Part shown: positions 1-8,890 of the stretch, piece after piece
How positions within the stretch are numbered: the first letter of the stretch is position 1
How the letters are laid out: every line of letters starts with the position of its first letter
Origin: Actinomycetes bacterium
GTDB lineage: Bacteria; Actinomycetota; Actinomycetes; S36-B12
Assembly: GCA_965227045.1 (NCBI GenBank)
Contig: OZ245718.1
Coordinates: forward strand, 451,031-515,030
Length of the DNA: 64,000 bases
Reading direction: 5' to 3'
Made by a program: the position numbers and the translations under genes
Notes under the pieces: model-generated
Told to the model about the DNA's origin: nothing
Database searches by the model: none
What the model saw: only the letters and a program-made list of their open reading frames with translations

Positions 1-138
1 CAGCGCCTGCGACGCGGTGTACAGGGGCCAGTAGGCCCAGCCCTGCCCGGGGCTGCCGACCGCGATGTCGGCGTGAATCGCCTGGCCCTCCTCAAGAAGG
101 GCCTGGTAGGTGTCAGGTGCGGCACTCACTCGGGCCAT
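1..138 (-). CDS. Hypothetical protein, 5' end only (gene continues beyond the left edge)
   Basis: Absent from the ORF track because there is no stop in the window. A reverse-strand ATG at 138..136 opens a frame that stays open to base 1 ([46 protein letters not shown]). Third codon positions are almost all G/C, like the real genes here. No family recognised. Confidence 0.35.
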   Translation of the reverse strand, partial: MARVSAAPDTYQALLEEGQAIHADIAVGSPGQGWAYWPLYTASQAL

Positions 139-220
139 GATGCCAATCAGGACGGTCCGTTTCCAGTACCTCGGTGGACCCTCTTTCCGGTATCCACCTG
201 GCCCGGCCTATCGTCAATGG

Positions 221-1237
221 GTGACCCAGCTCAGCACGATCCCGCTGTCCGTTCTCGACCTGGCGCCAGTCTCGGATGGGTCCAGCCCGTCGGACGCGCT
301 GCGGTCCACTGTCGAACTTGCCGTACGCACCGAGGACCTGGGATACACGCGATTCTGGCTCGCCGAGCATCACAACCACACGGGGATCGCGAGCTCCGCG
401 CCCGCGGTTCTCATCGCCGCGGTGGCTTCGGCGACCGAGCGCATCCGCGTCGGTTCGGGCGGCGTCATGCTCCCCAATCACCAGCCGCTCGTCGTCGCCG
501 AGCAGTTCGGCACCCTTGAGGGCCTGTATCCCGGGCGCATCGACCTGGGCATCGGCCGCGCGCCCGGAACCGACCCGATGACCGCCCGCGCCCTGCGGCG
601 CAGCGTCGACGGACTCTCGGCAGACGAGTTCCCCGAGCAGTTGCAGGACCTGCGCAGCTTCTTCGGCGGCGCGTTCCCCGCCGGGCACCCGTACGGGTCG
701 ATCGTCGCGGTGCCGCGCTCAGGCGCGGGTCCGGACATCTGGCTGCTGGGCTCGAGCGGCTACAGCGCCCAGGTTGCCGGAGCGCTAGGACTGCCGTTTG
801 CATTCGCCCATCACTTCAGCGCGCAGAACACGATTCCTGCGCTCGCGCTCTACCGGCAGGCCTTCCGTCCGTCCGCGATCCTGGACGAGCCGTACGCGAT
901 GCTCGCGGTGCGCGTCCTGGTCGCAGAGTCAGACGAACGAGCAAGGTGGATCGGCCGGTCGAGCGATCTGTGGTTCATTCGGCTCCTCCAGGGTCGCCCG
1001 GGTCCAATCCCGAGCCCGGAGGAGGCCGCCGCCTATCCGTGGAGCTCGGAGGAGATCGCCGCTGTCGACAGCCGCAAGGCGGGGGAGACGGTCGGCAGTG
1101 CCGAAACCGTGCACGCGGATCTGACGGCGCTGCTCGACGCGACCGACGCCGACGAGATCATGGCCACGACGATCGCGCACGATCCGGCCGCGCGCCTCGA
1201 ATCGTTCACCCGGCTACGGGACCTCGTCCGAGCCTGA
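221..1237 (+). CDS. LLM class flavin-dependent oxidoreductase (luciferase-like monooxygenase family)
   Basis: ORF 110..1237. Family-typical N-terminus [11 protein letters not shown], then FWLAEHHN and [11 protein letters not shown] place the start at GTG 221 (338 aa, the usual family length) because ATG 137/140 would overlap the divergent gene at 1..138. Start is uncertain. Confidence 0.85.
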   Translation: MTQLSTIPLSVLDLAPVSDGSSPSDALRSTVELAVRTEDLGYTRFWLAEHHNHTGIASSAPAVLIAAVASATERIRVGSGGVMLPNHQPLVVAEQFGTLEGLYPGRIDLGIGRAPGTDPMTARALRRSVDGLSADEFPEQLQDLRSFFGGAFPAGHPYGSIVAVPRSGAGPDIWLLGSSGYSAQVAGALGLPFAFAHHFSAQNTIPALALYRQAFRPSAILDEPYAMLAVRVLVAESDERARWIGRSSDLWFIRLLQGRPGPIPSPEEAAAYPWSSEEIAAVDSRKAGETVGSAETVHADLTALLDATDADEIMATTIAHDPAARLESFTRLRDLVRA

Positions 1238-1437
1238 CCGGCCGTCACGTCCCTCGGACCCACGGCGGCCGCGTCCCACGCCACCTAGTCCACGCTTCGC
1301 CGAGCGCCCACAAGGCGACGCCAACGACAACGGCCCGGATCAATCCACGGAACAAGAACAACGCAACCTCCAGGTCACTAGGGCGGATTGATACCTAATA
1401 CCCCGGTCGAGGCATTGCCGAACGTGACCTGGTGGTG

Positions 1438-1908
1438 TCAGAGGACCAAGGGCTTGATCGGCGCACCGATGAGAGCAGGGTCGTTCTTCCAGTCGACGCC
1501 CGGCACGTCGATGAACAACTCGATCTCATTGCCATCGGGGTCGGCTATGTACAAGCTGTGGGTGACGGTGTGGTCGCTCGCGCCGAGAATCTGCACGCCG
1601 TGCTCGTGCAAGGTCGCCACTGCCTCGCGCAACTCGTCGTCGCTGTCCCCGATCTTCAGCCCGAAGTGATACATGCCCAGCCGTCGGCCCTCGGGAATCG
1701 GCGTGGCTCCCTTGCCGACCTCGATCAGCAGGAGCTCGTGATGCGTGCGGTTCGACGGCGCGTTGAACGCCGCTGCGGGAAAGGGCAGCGGGTCGTCGTC
1801 ATCGCCACCGAGTATCGGGCGCCAGCCCAGGATGTCGCGGTAGAAGTGGACCGACGCACGCAGGTCGCTGACGTACAGGACCAGATGACCGAGTTCCTTG
1901 ATCTCCAT
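1438..1908 (-). CDS. VOC family protein (glyoxalase / bleomycin-resistance / extradiol dioxygenase fold)
   Basis: 156 aa. N-terminus ELGHLVLYVSDLRASVHFYRDILGW and C-terminal HSLYIADPDGNEIEL are classic VOC beta-alpha-beta-beta-beta modules. Confidence 0.8.
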   Translation of the reverse strand: MEIKELGHLVLYVSDLRASVHFYRDILGWRPILGGDDDDPLPFPAAAFNAPSNRTHHELLLIEVGKGATPIPEGRRLGMYHFGLKIGDSDDELREAVATLHEHGVQILGASDHTVTHSLYIADPDGNEIELFIDVPGVDWKNDPALIGAPIKPLVL

Positions 1909-1921
1909 GCAGCTCCTTGGA

Positions 1922-2782
1922 TCAGATGTTCACGATCTTGTACGTACCCCGGCTCGCCTGCTTGCATGCGATGAGCGCATCGTCGGCAGCATCGATGAGC
2001 ACGGCCGGCCCTTGGATGGCGGCCGTCGATCCGAGTGCAGCGCCCAGCGTGATGCCGACCGTCACCTCGACACTGCCGACATGGAAGGGCGGGCGGAATG
2101 CCTCGATGATGCGCTCGCAGATCGCGGTTGCCCCGTCCAAACCGTCGACGGTCGGGCAGGCAATGACGAACTCGTCTCCTCCGAAACGTGCCAGCGTGTC
2201 GGCCGTGCGCGTGCAGGCGAGCAGTCGCTCGCTCGCGCGCCGCAGCACCTCGTCGCCCGCAGCGTGTCCGTGCGAGTCGTTGACCTGCTTGAAGAAGTCC
2301 AGGTCTGCGTAGAACACGGCCGGCACGCCCTCGCGGTCACGCACCTCCATCTGGGCCTCCAGGCGCTCGACGAGGAGGCGGCGCGTGGCAAGGCCGGTGA
2401 GCTCGTCGGTCGTGGCGCGATCGAGCAGCGCCTCCTCGCGACGGAACCGCTGGATGCTCAGCAGGACGGTAAGGAGTCCGATGAGGGCGTAGGCGCCCAT
2501 CCGAACCCAGAAGATCTGCGTGTTCGCATTCCCAGCGACGAATCCGCCCGCAATCGACAGCGCAAGCCCGTAGATGCTCAGGACCACTGAGATGCCCGGG
2601 CTGACGAAGGCAGCGGAGGCGATTACCCCGACCCAAATCAGGGCCTGCGGGATGGTGTCGGGGAAGGCGATCGCGCACGCGAAGGCCACGGTCATCGTGA
2701 TGAAGACCGCTACGCAGCGCCAGTCTGGGTCGAACTGCGAGGCAACCCTCCCGCGCGCGTGTGCGGTGCGCGCGGTGGTCAC
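1922..2782 (-). CDS. Membrane-anchored diguanylate cyclase (GGDEF domain)
   Basis: 286 aa. Hydrophobic N-terminal half with about 4-5 TM helices. C-terminal half has DELTGLATRR, DLDFFKQVNDSHGHAAGD and RFGGDEF, with an RTAD (RxxD I-site) five residues upstream of GGDEF. Confidence 0.85.
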   Translation of the reverse strand: MTTARTAHARGRVASQFDPDWRCVAVFITMTVAFACAIAFPDTIPQALIWVGVIASAAFVSPGISVVLSIYGLALSIAGGFVAGNANTQIFWVRMGAYALIGLLTVLLSIQRFRREEALLDRATTDELTGLATRRLLVERLEAQMEVRDREGVPAVFYADLDFFKQVNDSHGHAAGDEVLRRASERLLACTRTADTLARFGGDEFVIACPTVDGLDGATAICERIIEAFRPPFHVGSVEVTVGITLGAALGSTAAIQGPAVLIDAADDALIACKQASRGTYKIVNI

Positions 2783-2814
2783 GAGGGAAGGCTAGCGGTT
2801 TGTGGGGAGACTGC

Positions 2815-3363
2815 TCACGCGAGAAGGGCCTCCAGATCTGGCTTGATCTCCTCGGGAGTCACGTACGTCTCGTAGCGGCGGATCACCGTGCCGTCGCGGC
2901 CGACGAGGAACTTGGTGAAGTTCCATTTGACGTCGTCGCCGGCGAGCGCCTCCGGATTGACCTTCTCGATGTAGTCACGCAGGCGCTGGCCGCGCTCGCT
3001 GGTCGGGGAGAAGTCACCGGGCGCCTCGGAACGCAGGTAGGAGTAGAGCGGTTCGGCGGCGTCGCCGTTGACCTCGATCTTGGCCAGAACCGGGAAGCTC
3101 ACGCCGTAGTTGAGCGAGCAGAATTCCTGGATCTCCTCGGCGGTCCCGGGCTCCTGATCGCCGAACTGGTTGCACGGGAAGCCGATGATCTCCAGCCCCT
3201 TGTCGTGCAGTTCCTCGTACAGCGACTCGAGGCCCTCGTACTGCGGCGTGAACCCGCACTTGCTCGCCACGTTGACGATCAGCAGGAGCTTGTCGTCGAA
3301 GTCCGACAAGGCGACGGGCGAGCCGTCGGCGGCGGACACGGTGAAGTCATGGACGTTGGGCAT
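2815..3363 (-). CDS. Glutathione peroxidase family protein (Cys-type)
   Basis: 182 aa. LLIVNVASKCGFTPQY, GFPCNQFGDQEPG and WNFTKFLV are the three signature blocks. The active site is Cys, not Sec. Confidence 0.9.
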   Translation of the reverse strand: MPNVHDFTVSAADGSPVALSDFDDKLLLIVNVASKCGFTPQYEGLESLYEELHDKGLEIIGFPCNQFGDQEPGTAEEIQEFCSLNYGVSFPVLAKIEVNGDAAEPLYSYLRSEAPGDFSPTSERGQRLRDYIEKVNPEALAGDDVKWNFTKFLVGRDGTVIRRYETYVTPEEIKPDLEALLA

Positions 3364-3397
3364 CTGCCTGCCTTCGCGCGAGGATTAGTAGGACGAC

Positions 3398-3949
3398 CTA
3401 CGTTAGCCGCACCTGCGCCGTCTCGCTCACCGCGGCCGTGCGCCCCGGGGCGTCCTGGTCGTTCCAGTACATGTTGATGTGCGCGATGACGGCCTCCGGC
3501 GGCGGCGCACCCCACTCGCTCTGGTCGACAGTGGTGTGCGCATCGCCGACGAGCGTGACGTCGTAGCCGCGAGCGAACGCGCCGTGGATCGTCGAGCGGA
3601 TGCACGCATCGCTTTGAGCGCCGGTGACGACCAGGCGACCGACGGCTGCCGCAGCGAGAACGTCCTCGAGATCGGTGCCCTCGAAGGAGTCGCCGTAGTT
3701 CTTGCGCACGACCGCCTCAGCCTCAAGGCGGACGAGCTCGGGCACGTACTCCCACTCCAGGCTGCCGAACACCACGCCGTCGTCGGAGTGCTGGACCCAC
3801 ACCACAGGCACCGACTCGGTCCGAGCCCGGACCACCAGTTCACTGATGTTCGCGACTACCTCATCGCGGCGCACCGCGCCGTCGACTACGCCGTTCTGCA
3901 CGTCGATGACGACGAGGGCCGTGTTCGGACGATTCATCAAGGTCGTCAC
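3398..3949 (-). CDS. Isochorismatase-family cysteine hydrolase
   Basis: 183 aa. TALVVIDVQNG (Asp), RKNYGDSF (Lys) and TGAQSDACIRST (Cys) give the family catalytic triad. Confidence 0.85.
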   Translation of the reverse strand: MTTLMNRPNTALVVIDVQNGVVDGAVRRDEVVANISELVVRARTESVPVVWVQHSDDGVVFGSLEWEYVPELVRLEAEAVVRKNYGDSFEGTDLEDVLAAAAVGRLVVTGAQSDACIRSTIHGAFARGYDVTLVGDAHTTVDQSEWGAPPPEAVIAHINMYWNDQDAPGRTAAVSETAQVRLT

Positions 3950-3984
3950 GGGAACCTCCTGGTTTGGGACGACGCGCTGGCTAG

Positions 3985-5664
3985 GTGATGATCGACTCTA
4001 TGACGCAGACGTCTGACGATATGCAGAACACAGCATTCCCCGTACTCACCGACCGCCAGCTCGAACGACTTCGCCGCTACGGCGTGGCGCAGGAGATCCG
4101 GGTCGGAGAGACGGTCTTCCAGGCCGGCGACGCGACCGGAGACCTCGTCCTCGTCGACGAAGGCGCGGTCGCCATCGTTCGGCCCGCGACCTATGGCTCA
4201 CCCGAGGAGTTGATCGTTCAGCACGGAGCGGGGCGCTTCCTTGGTGAGATGAACATGCTCACCAACCAAACGCTGTTTCTCACCGGCCGGGTCGTGGCGG
4301 ACGGTCGGATCCACCGCATCTCCAGCGCAGGCTTCCGCGCGATCATGGACGAGGACCCAGAGCTCTCGGACATCATGCTGCGGGCATTCCTCGCGCGTCG
4401 CCGGCTGCTGCAGGACGGCCCGGCAGCGAGCAGTATCGAGATCATCGGCAGTTCGATGTCCGCCTCGACTCTGGCGCTAAGGACGTATGCCGCTCGGCAG
4501 CGCATGCCGCACGTGTGGATGGACTCGGATGATCCCGAGGGTCAGGCCGTCATGGACCTCGTCGACCTGCAGCCGTCAGACCTGCCCGCCGTGCTCGTGC
4601 TCGACAAGGTGCTGCGCCGCGCGACCCCCGGCGAGTTCGCCGAGGAGCTGGGCCTGACGTATCGCCGGGCTGACGACAACCCGGTCGACGTCGCAGTCAT
4701 TGGCGGCGGGCCGGCCGGACTCGCGGCAGCGATGTATGCGGCGTCGGAGGGACTCGCGACCGTGCTGCTCGACTCCGTCTCCGTGGGCGGTCAGGCGGCG
4801 GCGAGCTCGCGAATCGAGAACTACCTCGGGTTCCCGTCCGGTATCAGCGGAGCAGACCTCACGACGCAGGCGGCCGTGCAGGCGCTCAAGTTCGGCGTGC
4901 AGATCTCCTCGCCGTGCCAAGCGGTCTCGATCGATGCGAACTGCTGTCAACTGGTCGTCAGCCTGTCCGACGGGGCGGAAATCGCGACGCGGTCCATCGT
5001 GATCGCGACCGGCGCGGCGTACCGCGCGCTGCCGTTGGATCGATGGGCCGAGTTCGAGGGTGCGGGCATCTACTACGCGGCGACCGAGATCGAGGCCCGC
5101 GCATGCCAGGGCAGCGCGGTGGTGGTTGTCGGTGGGGCCAATTCCGCGGGCCAGGCCGCGCTCTACCTCGCGGGCCGGGGATCCGACGTGACGCTTGTCC
5201 TTCGCGGGCCAGATATCCGCGCGACGATGTCGACCTATCTGGTCGAGCGGCTGATCGCCGACCCGCGCGTGACGATTAGGGAGAGCACTGAAGTCACTGC
5301 GCTCGAAGGCGAGACGTCGTTGACCGGCGTCCACCTGACCGACTCGTCGTCGCTCACTGAGGTCGCGCACTCGTGCCAGGGCCTGTTCTGCTTCATCGGC
5401 GCGACGCCAGCGAGCGGCTGGCTCCAGGGGGTCGCGGTCGATGAGGACGGGTTCATCCTCACCGACGTGCAGATCGGCGACGAGGCGCTCAGCGAGACGT
5501 GGGCGGTGCTCGGCCGCAAGCCGCTGCCATTCGAGACGAGCATGCCCGGTGTGTTCGCGGTGGGTGACGTGCGCCAGGGCTCGATGAAGAGAGTCGCTGC
5601 CGCGGTCGGCGAGGGCGCGAGCGCGGTTCGGTCCGTGCACCTGGCCATCGGAGTTCACGCGTAG
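3985..5664 (+). CDS. Cyclic-nucleotide-binding domain fused to a thioredoxin-reductase-like FAD/NAD(P) oxidoreductase
   Basis: 559 aa. N-terminal cNMP-binding fold (FQAGD...GRFLGEMNML). C-terminal half has VDVAVIGGGPAGLAAA (FAD GxGxxG), VVVVGGANSAGQAA (NAD(P)H site) and GVFAVGDVR. The TrxR CATC position reads AATE, so the redox disulfide is absent. Confidence 0.8.
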   Translation: MMIDSMTQTSDDMQNTAFPVLTDRQLERLRRYGVAQEIRVGETVFQAGDATGDLVLVDEGAVAIVRPATYGSPEELIVQHGAGRFLGEMNMLTNQTLFLTGRVVADGRIHRISSAGFRAIMDEDPELSDIMLRAFLARRRLLQDGPAASSIEIIGSSMSASTLALRTYAARQRMPHVWMDSDDPEGQAVMDLVDLQPSDLPAVLVLDKVLRRATPGEFAEELGLTYRRADDNPVDVAVIGGGPAGLAAAMYAASEGLATVLLDSVSVGGQAAASSRIENYLGFPSGISGADLTTQAAVQALKFGVQISSPCQAVSIDANCCQLVVSLSDGAEIATRSIVIATGAAYRALPLDRWAEFEGAGIYYAATEIEARACQGSAVVVVGGANSAGQAALYLAGRGSDVTLVLRGPDIRATMSTYLVERLIADPRVTIRESTEVTALEGETSLTGVHLTDSSSLTEVAHSCQGLFCFIGATPASGWLQGVAVDEDGFILTDVQIGDEALSETWAVLGRKPLPFETSMPGVFAVGDVRQGSMKRVAAAVGEGASAVRSVHLAIGVHA

Positions 5665-5715
5665 GCCGCAGAGGCGAGCAGCGCTTTCACCCGCCACCGA
5701 GGATCGCTGGGCGGC

Positions 5716-6489
5716 CTAGGTGGCGAATGTCTCGAGCTTCATCGTCGCGGCAGTGAACCCGCACGTCAGCCCGTAGCACTTAGCGGAGTACTGGCCGCCG
5801 GATTTGATGAGCCATACGTCGCCCTTGTGTCCGTCGTCAAACGTCACGATGAAGTGCGCGCTGTAGGCGGCGTCGTGGCAGTTCTGCCACGGCCAGGTGT
5901 CGTGCACCTCAAGGAACAGTTCCTCATACAGTCCGATTCTCGACGCCTGAACCTCGGTGGTGCCGCTGAACGTTGGCTGCGTGCAGTCGGTGCCCGGCCC
6001 CCATTCGACCGTAAGCGGCCCGATCGCGCGCCATCTGATGCCAATGCGCACCTCAGAACCGCCCAGATCGGCATTCACGTCCGCTCCCGGTCCGCCATCG
6101 ATCTCGTCGTCACCAGCGCCGCCGGACAGCGTGTCCTTGCCATCGCCGCCGATGAGCCGGTCGTTGCCGCGACCGCCGATGAGGATGTCGTCGCCAGCGA
6201 GGCCGATGAGGATGTCGTCTCCGCCCTTGCCGCAGATCACGTCATTGCCCGAGGTCCCGACGAGTCGATCGTCCCCGGTTGTTCCCGTGATGGTGCAGAC
6301 AAAGCGCGACGACGCGGCGTCACCGGCGGTAACAGGAGCCGCAGCGATGGAGGGAGCCAAGACAAATCCGAGAAGGACTGTGACGGTGGCGACGGTGGCA
6401 AGGACTGGACGTGCTCGGCGTGTAGTGATGGCTTCCCCCGAAGTTCGAATGTGGTCGTGATTGTTCTGCCCACTTCGCAGCCCCGTCAA
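5716..6489 (-). CDS. Secreted calcium-binding protein with RTX-type GGxGxD repeats
   Basis: 257 aa. N-terminal signal/anchor (TRRARPVLATVATVTVLLGFVLAPSIAAA), then CTITGTTGDDRLVGTSGNDVICGKGGDDILIGLAGDDILIGGRGNDRLIGGDGKDTLSGGAGDDEIDGG. The C-terminal Cys-containing domain is unassigned. Paralog of 10671..11303. Confidence 0.7.
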   Translation of the reverse strand: MTGLRSGQNNHDHIRTSGEAITTRRARPVLATVATVTVLLGFVLAPSIAAAPVTAGDAASSRFVCTITGTTGDDRLVGTSGNDVICGKGGDDILIGLAGDDILIGGRGNDRLIGGDGKDTLSGGAGDDEIDGGPGADVNADLGGSEVRIGIRWRAIGPLTVEWGPGTDCTQPTFSGTTEVQASRIGLYEELFLEVHDTWPWQNCHDAAYSAHFIVTFDDGHKGDVWLIKSGGQYSAKCYGLTCGFTAATMKLETFAT

Positions 6490-6682
6490 ACCTGCCGATG
6501 CGCTCGCAACTCGGCGCGGTCCGGCTGAGCCGGGGCTACACCCATTTTGCCAACCGCTCGTGCTGCGTTGGCTCTCGGTTCACGTCGTTACCGGTGGCCG
6601 TTTGTTCTGGCGTGGTCACATGCCACCAAGTCGCGTTCCTCAGGCGGAGAAGCCCGCCTCGCACGACACTTGGAGGTACTGC

Positions 6683-8074
6683 ATGAGGACCATCTCAAAC
6701 AAGCGGGCGATGATCGCCGCCGCGGGAGTCGCAGTAATCATTACCGGTGCCTTGACCGGGAGTGCCCTCGCTGCCGGCACTGATGACGCGGCTACAGCCC
6801 AGCATGCGATTAATGACGGCAAGGCGAAGAACGTCATCCTCTTCCTCGGTGATGGCATGGGCGACAGCGAGATCACCATCGCTCGCAACTACTCGCAGGG
6901 CGCGAACGGCCGCCTCGCGATGGACGGACTGCCGATGACCGGCGCGTACACCACGTACTCCGTGGACAAGAACGGCAAGGTCAACTACGTGACCGAGTCG
7001 GCCGCGAGCGCGACCGGCTGGGCGACTGGATCGAAGACCTACAACGGCGCGATCTCTGTCAACGCCGCCGACCAGGACATGCCGACGATCCTCGAGGTCG
7101 CGCAGAAGGCGGGCTTCAAGACGGGCGACGTGACCACCGCCGAGCTCACAGACGCCACGCCGGCAGTGCTCGCTGCGCACGTGCCCGATCGCACCTGCCA
7201 GGGGCCGGCCAACATGGCGACGTGCCCGCAGGACAAGCGCGAGAACGGCGGGCCGGGCTCGATCGCCGAGCAGATGGTCGACCACAACGTCGATGTCCTC
7301 CTTGGTGGTGGGCGTGCACGATTCGCGCAGACGACCACCGGCGGTCCCTACGCCGGACGTACCGTCTTGCAGCAGGCGCAGTCGCTCGGCTACACGATCG
7401 TCGGAAACGATGCTGAGCTTGGTGCCACGCTCCCGGATCAGAAGGTCCTCGGCCTGTTCAACGACAGCAACATGGTGACGGTGTGGAACGGCCCGGTAGC
7501 GCAGCCCTATACGAGCGACACGGCGCCGAACACCACTGGCGACGGCAAGGAGTGCGTGACGACGAACGCGCCGTCAACCCAGCCGACACTGGAGAACATG
7601 ACCCGCAAGGCGCTCTGGCTGCTGGATGCGAAGGTCCAGAACTCCAAGGCACCTGGATTCTTCCTCCAGGTCGAGGGCGCGTCCATCGACAAGCAGGACC
7701 ACGCGTCCAATCCCTGCGCGCAGATCGGTGAGACGGTCGACTTCGACAACGCCATCCGCCTCGGACTCGACTTCGCCAAGACGCATCCGGACACGCTGAT
7801 CGTCGTCACCGCCGACCACGCTCACACGAGCCAGATCGTCGACTTCCCGCAGACGTTCCCGCATCACTCACCGGGGGCATTCCAGACCCTGCTGACGACC
7901 GACGGAAGCCAGATGGTCGTGAACTACGCGACCGTCACCGCGCCCAACTCTCAGGACCACACGGGCAGCCAGGTCCGGATCGCGGCCCAGGGGCCGCAGG
8001 CGTTCCGAGTCCTCGGGGTGACCAACCAGACGGACCTCTTCACAACGTTCAAGAAGGCGCTCGCACTGAACTAG
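6683..8074 (+). CDS. phoA: Alkaline phosphatase
   Basis: ORF 6461..8074. The real start is ATG 6683, preceded by GGAGG at 6672-6676. Signal peptide MRTISNKRAMIAAAGVAVIITGALTGSALA. Active-site block LGDGMGDSEITIARNY, plus VEGASIDKQDHA and VTADHAHTSQ. Confidence 0.9.
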   Translation: MRTISNKRAMIAAAGVAVIITGALTGSALAAGTDDAATAQHAINDGKAKNVILFLGDGMGDSEITIARNYSQGANGRLAMDGLPMTGAYTTYSVDKNGKVNYVTESAASATGWATGSKTYNGAISVNAADQDMPTILEVAQKAGFKTGDVTTAELTDATPAVLAAHVPDRTCQGPANMATCPQDKRENGGPGSIAEQMVDHNVDVLLGGGRARFAQTTTGGPYAGRTVLQQAQSLGYTIVGNDAELGATLPDQKVLGLFNDSNMVTVWNGPVAQPYTSDTAPNTTGDGKECVTTNAPSTQPTLENMTRKALWLLDAKVQNSKAPGFFLQVEGASIDKQDHASNPCAQIGETVDFDNAIRLGLDFAKTHPDTLIVVTADHAHTSQIVDFPQTFPHHSPGAFQTLLTTDGSQMVVNYATVTAPNSQDHTGSQVRIAAQGPQAFRVLGVTNQTDLFTTFKKALALN

Positions 8075-8088
8075 ACACAGCATTGGAA

Positions 8089-8130
8089 GGAACTGGCCCC
8101 GAAGCGTTTGCTGACTTCGGGGCCAGTTCC
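8089..8130 (+). terminator. Stem-loop terminator after phoA
   Basis: Perfect 16-bp stem GGAACTGGCCCCGAAG / CTTCGGGGCCAGTTCC with a 10-nt loop, 15 nt after the phoA stop. No U-tract. Confidence 0.6.
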
Positions 8131-8259
8131 ACGCGCACGGGCAGGTGACGGGTGCAGGTCGCAGGTTCGTCCCACCCCCGGCTCATTCGTTGACAGACCT
8201 TGCGCGCGCGTGGACCGTCGAGGTCAGCGACGACGCAGCGCCGCCGTGACGGAGGTCTG

Positions 8260-8751
8260 ATGGAGGGCAGCGTTCGAGCGGCAGGCGTGCTCCTCCTGGC
8301 ACTGGGCATGCTGCTGGCCGACTACCTGCCGAACGGGTGGATGCAGTCCGGCAACGTGCCAGACCACCGAGTGATCACCGCAACCCTGGCTACCGGTGGA
8401 TTCGTGCTGGTTCCGCTGGGCGCAGGACTGCTCGCGGTCTCCGTGGTGCTGCGCGGCCTGGCGCATCACCAGGGCACGAGATTCATCCGACGGCAGGTGA
8501 CCATCGGAGTAGCTCTCATCGTTGCCGGTGTCTGCGCCCGGGTCTGGGCAGACGTCGTAGGCGAGAACGTCATGGAGTTCCTCGGTCCCACCGGTCAGGC
8601 CGGGATCGAGGTCACCAGGCTGGCGCTGGATTTGCTGACGACGCTCGCACCCGCAGTCGGCGTCGCCCTGATCGCGGTCTCACCGATCCAACTGGCGCTG
8701 CTCAAGAGGTCCGACGCGGTAGATCCTGAGGACGCTCAGACTCGCCGGTAG
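8260..8751 (+). CDS. Hypothetical integral membrane protein (about 4 TM)
   Basis: ORF 8200..8751. ATG 8260 is preceded by GGAGG with 4-nt spacing. Four hydrophobic segments. No family recognised. Confidence 0.55.
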   Translation: MEGSVRAAGVLLLALGMLLADYLPNGWMQSGNVPDHRVITATLATGGFVLVPLGAGLLAVSVVLRGLAHHQGTRFIRRQVTIGVALIVAGVCARVWADVVGENVMEFLGPTGQAGIEVTRLALDLLTTLAPAVGVALIAVSPIQLALLKRSDAVDPEDAQTRR

Positions 8752-8890
8752 GCAGCGCGTCTCCGGTGCGCTGACCACGGGTGGCCTCGTGGTTGAATCA
8801 GTGTGCCGATGGCGGGGGCCTTTGGTTCTGCCGCCGTCGAGTGCGCACCGTCGCTCGAGTCATGCAGTCGATCTCGAGTGAGGTTTTTCT

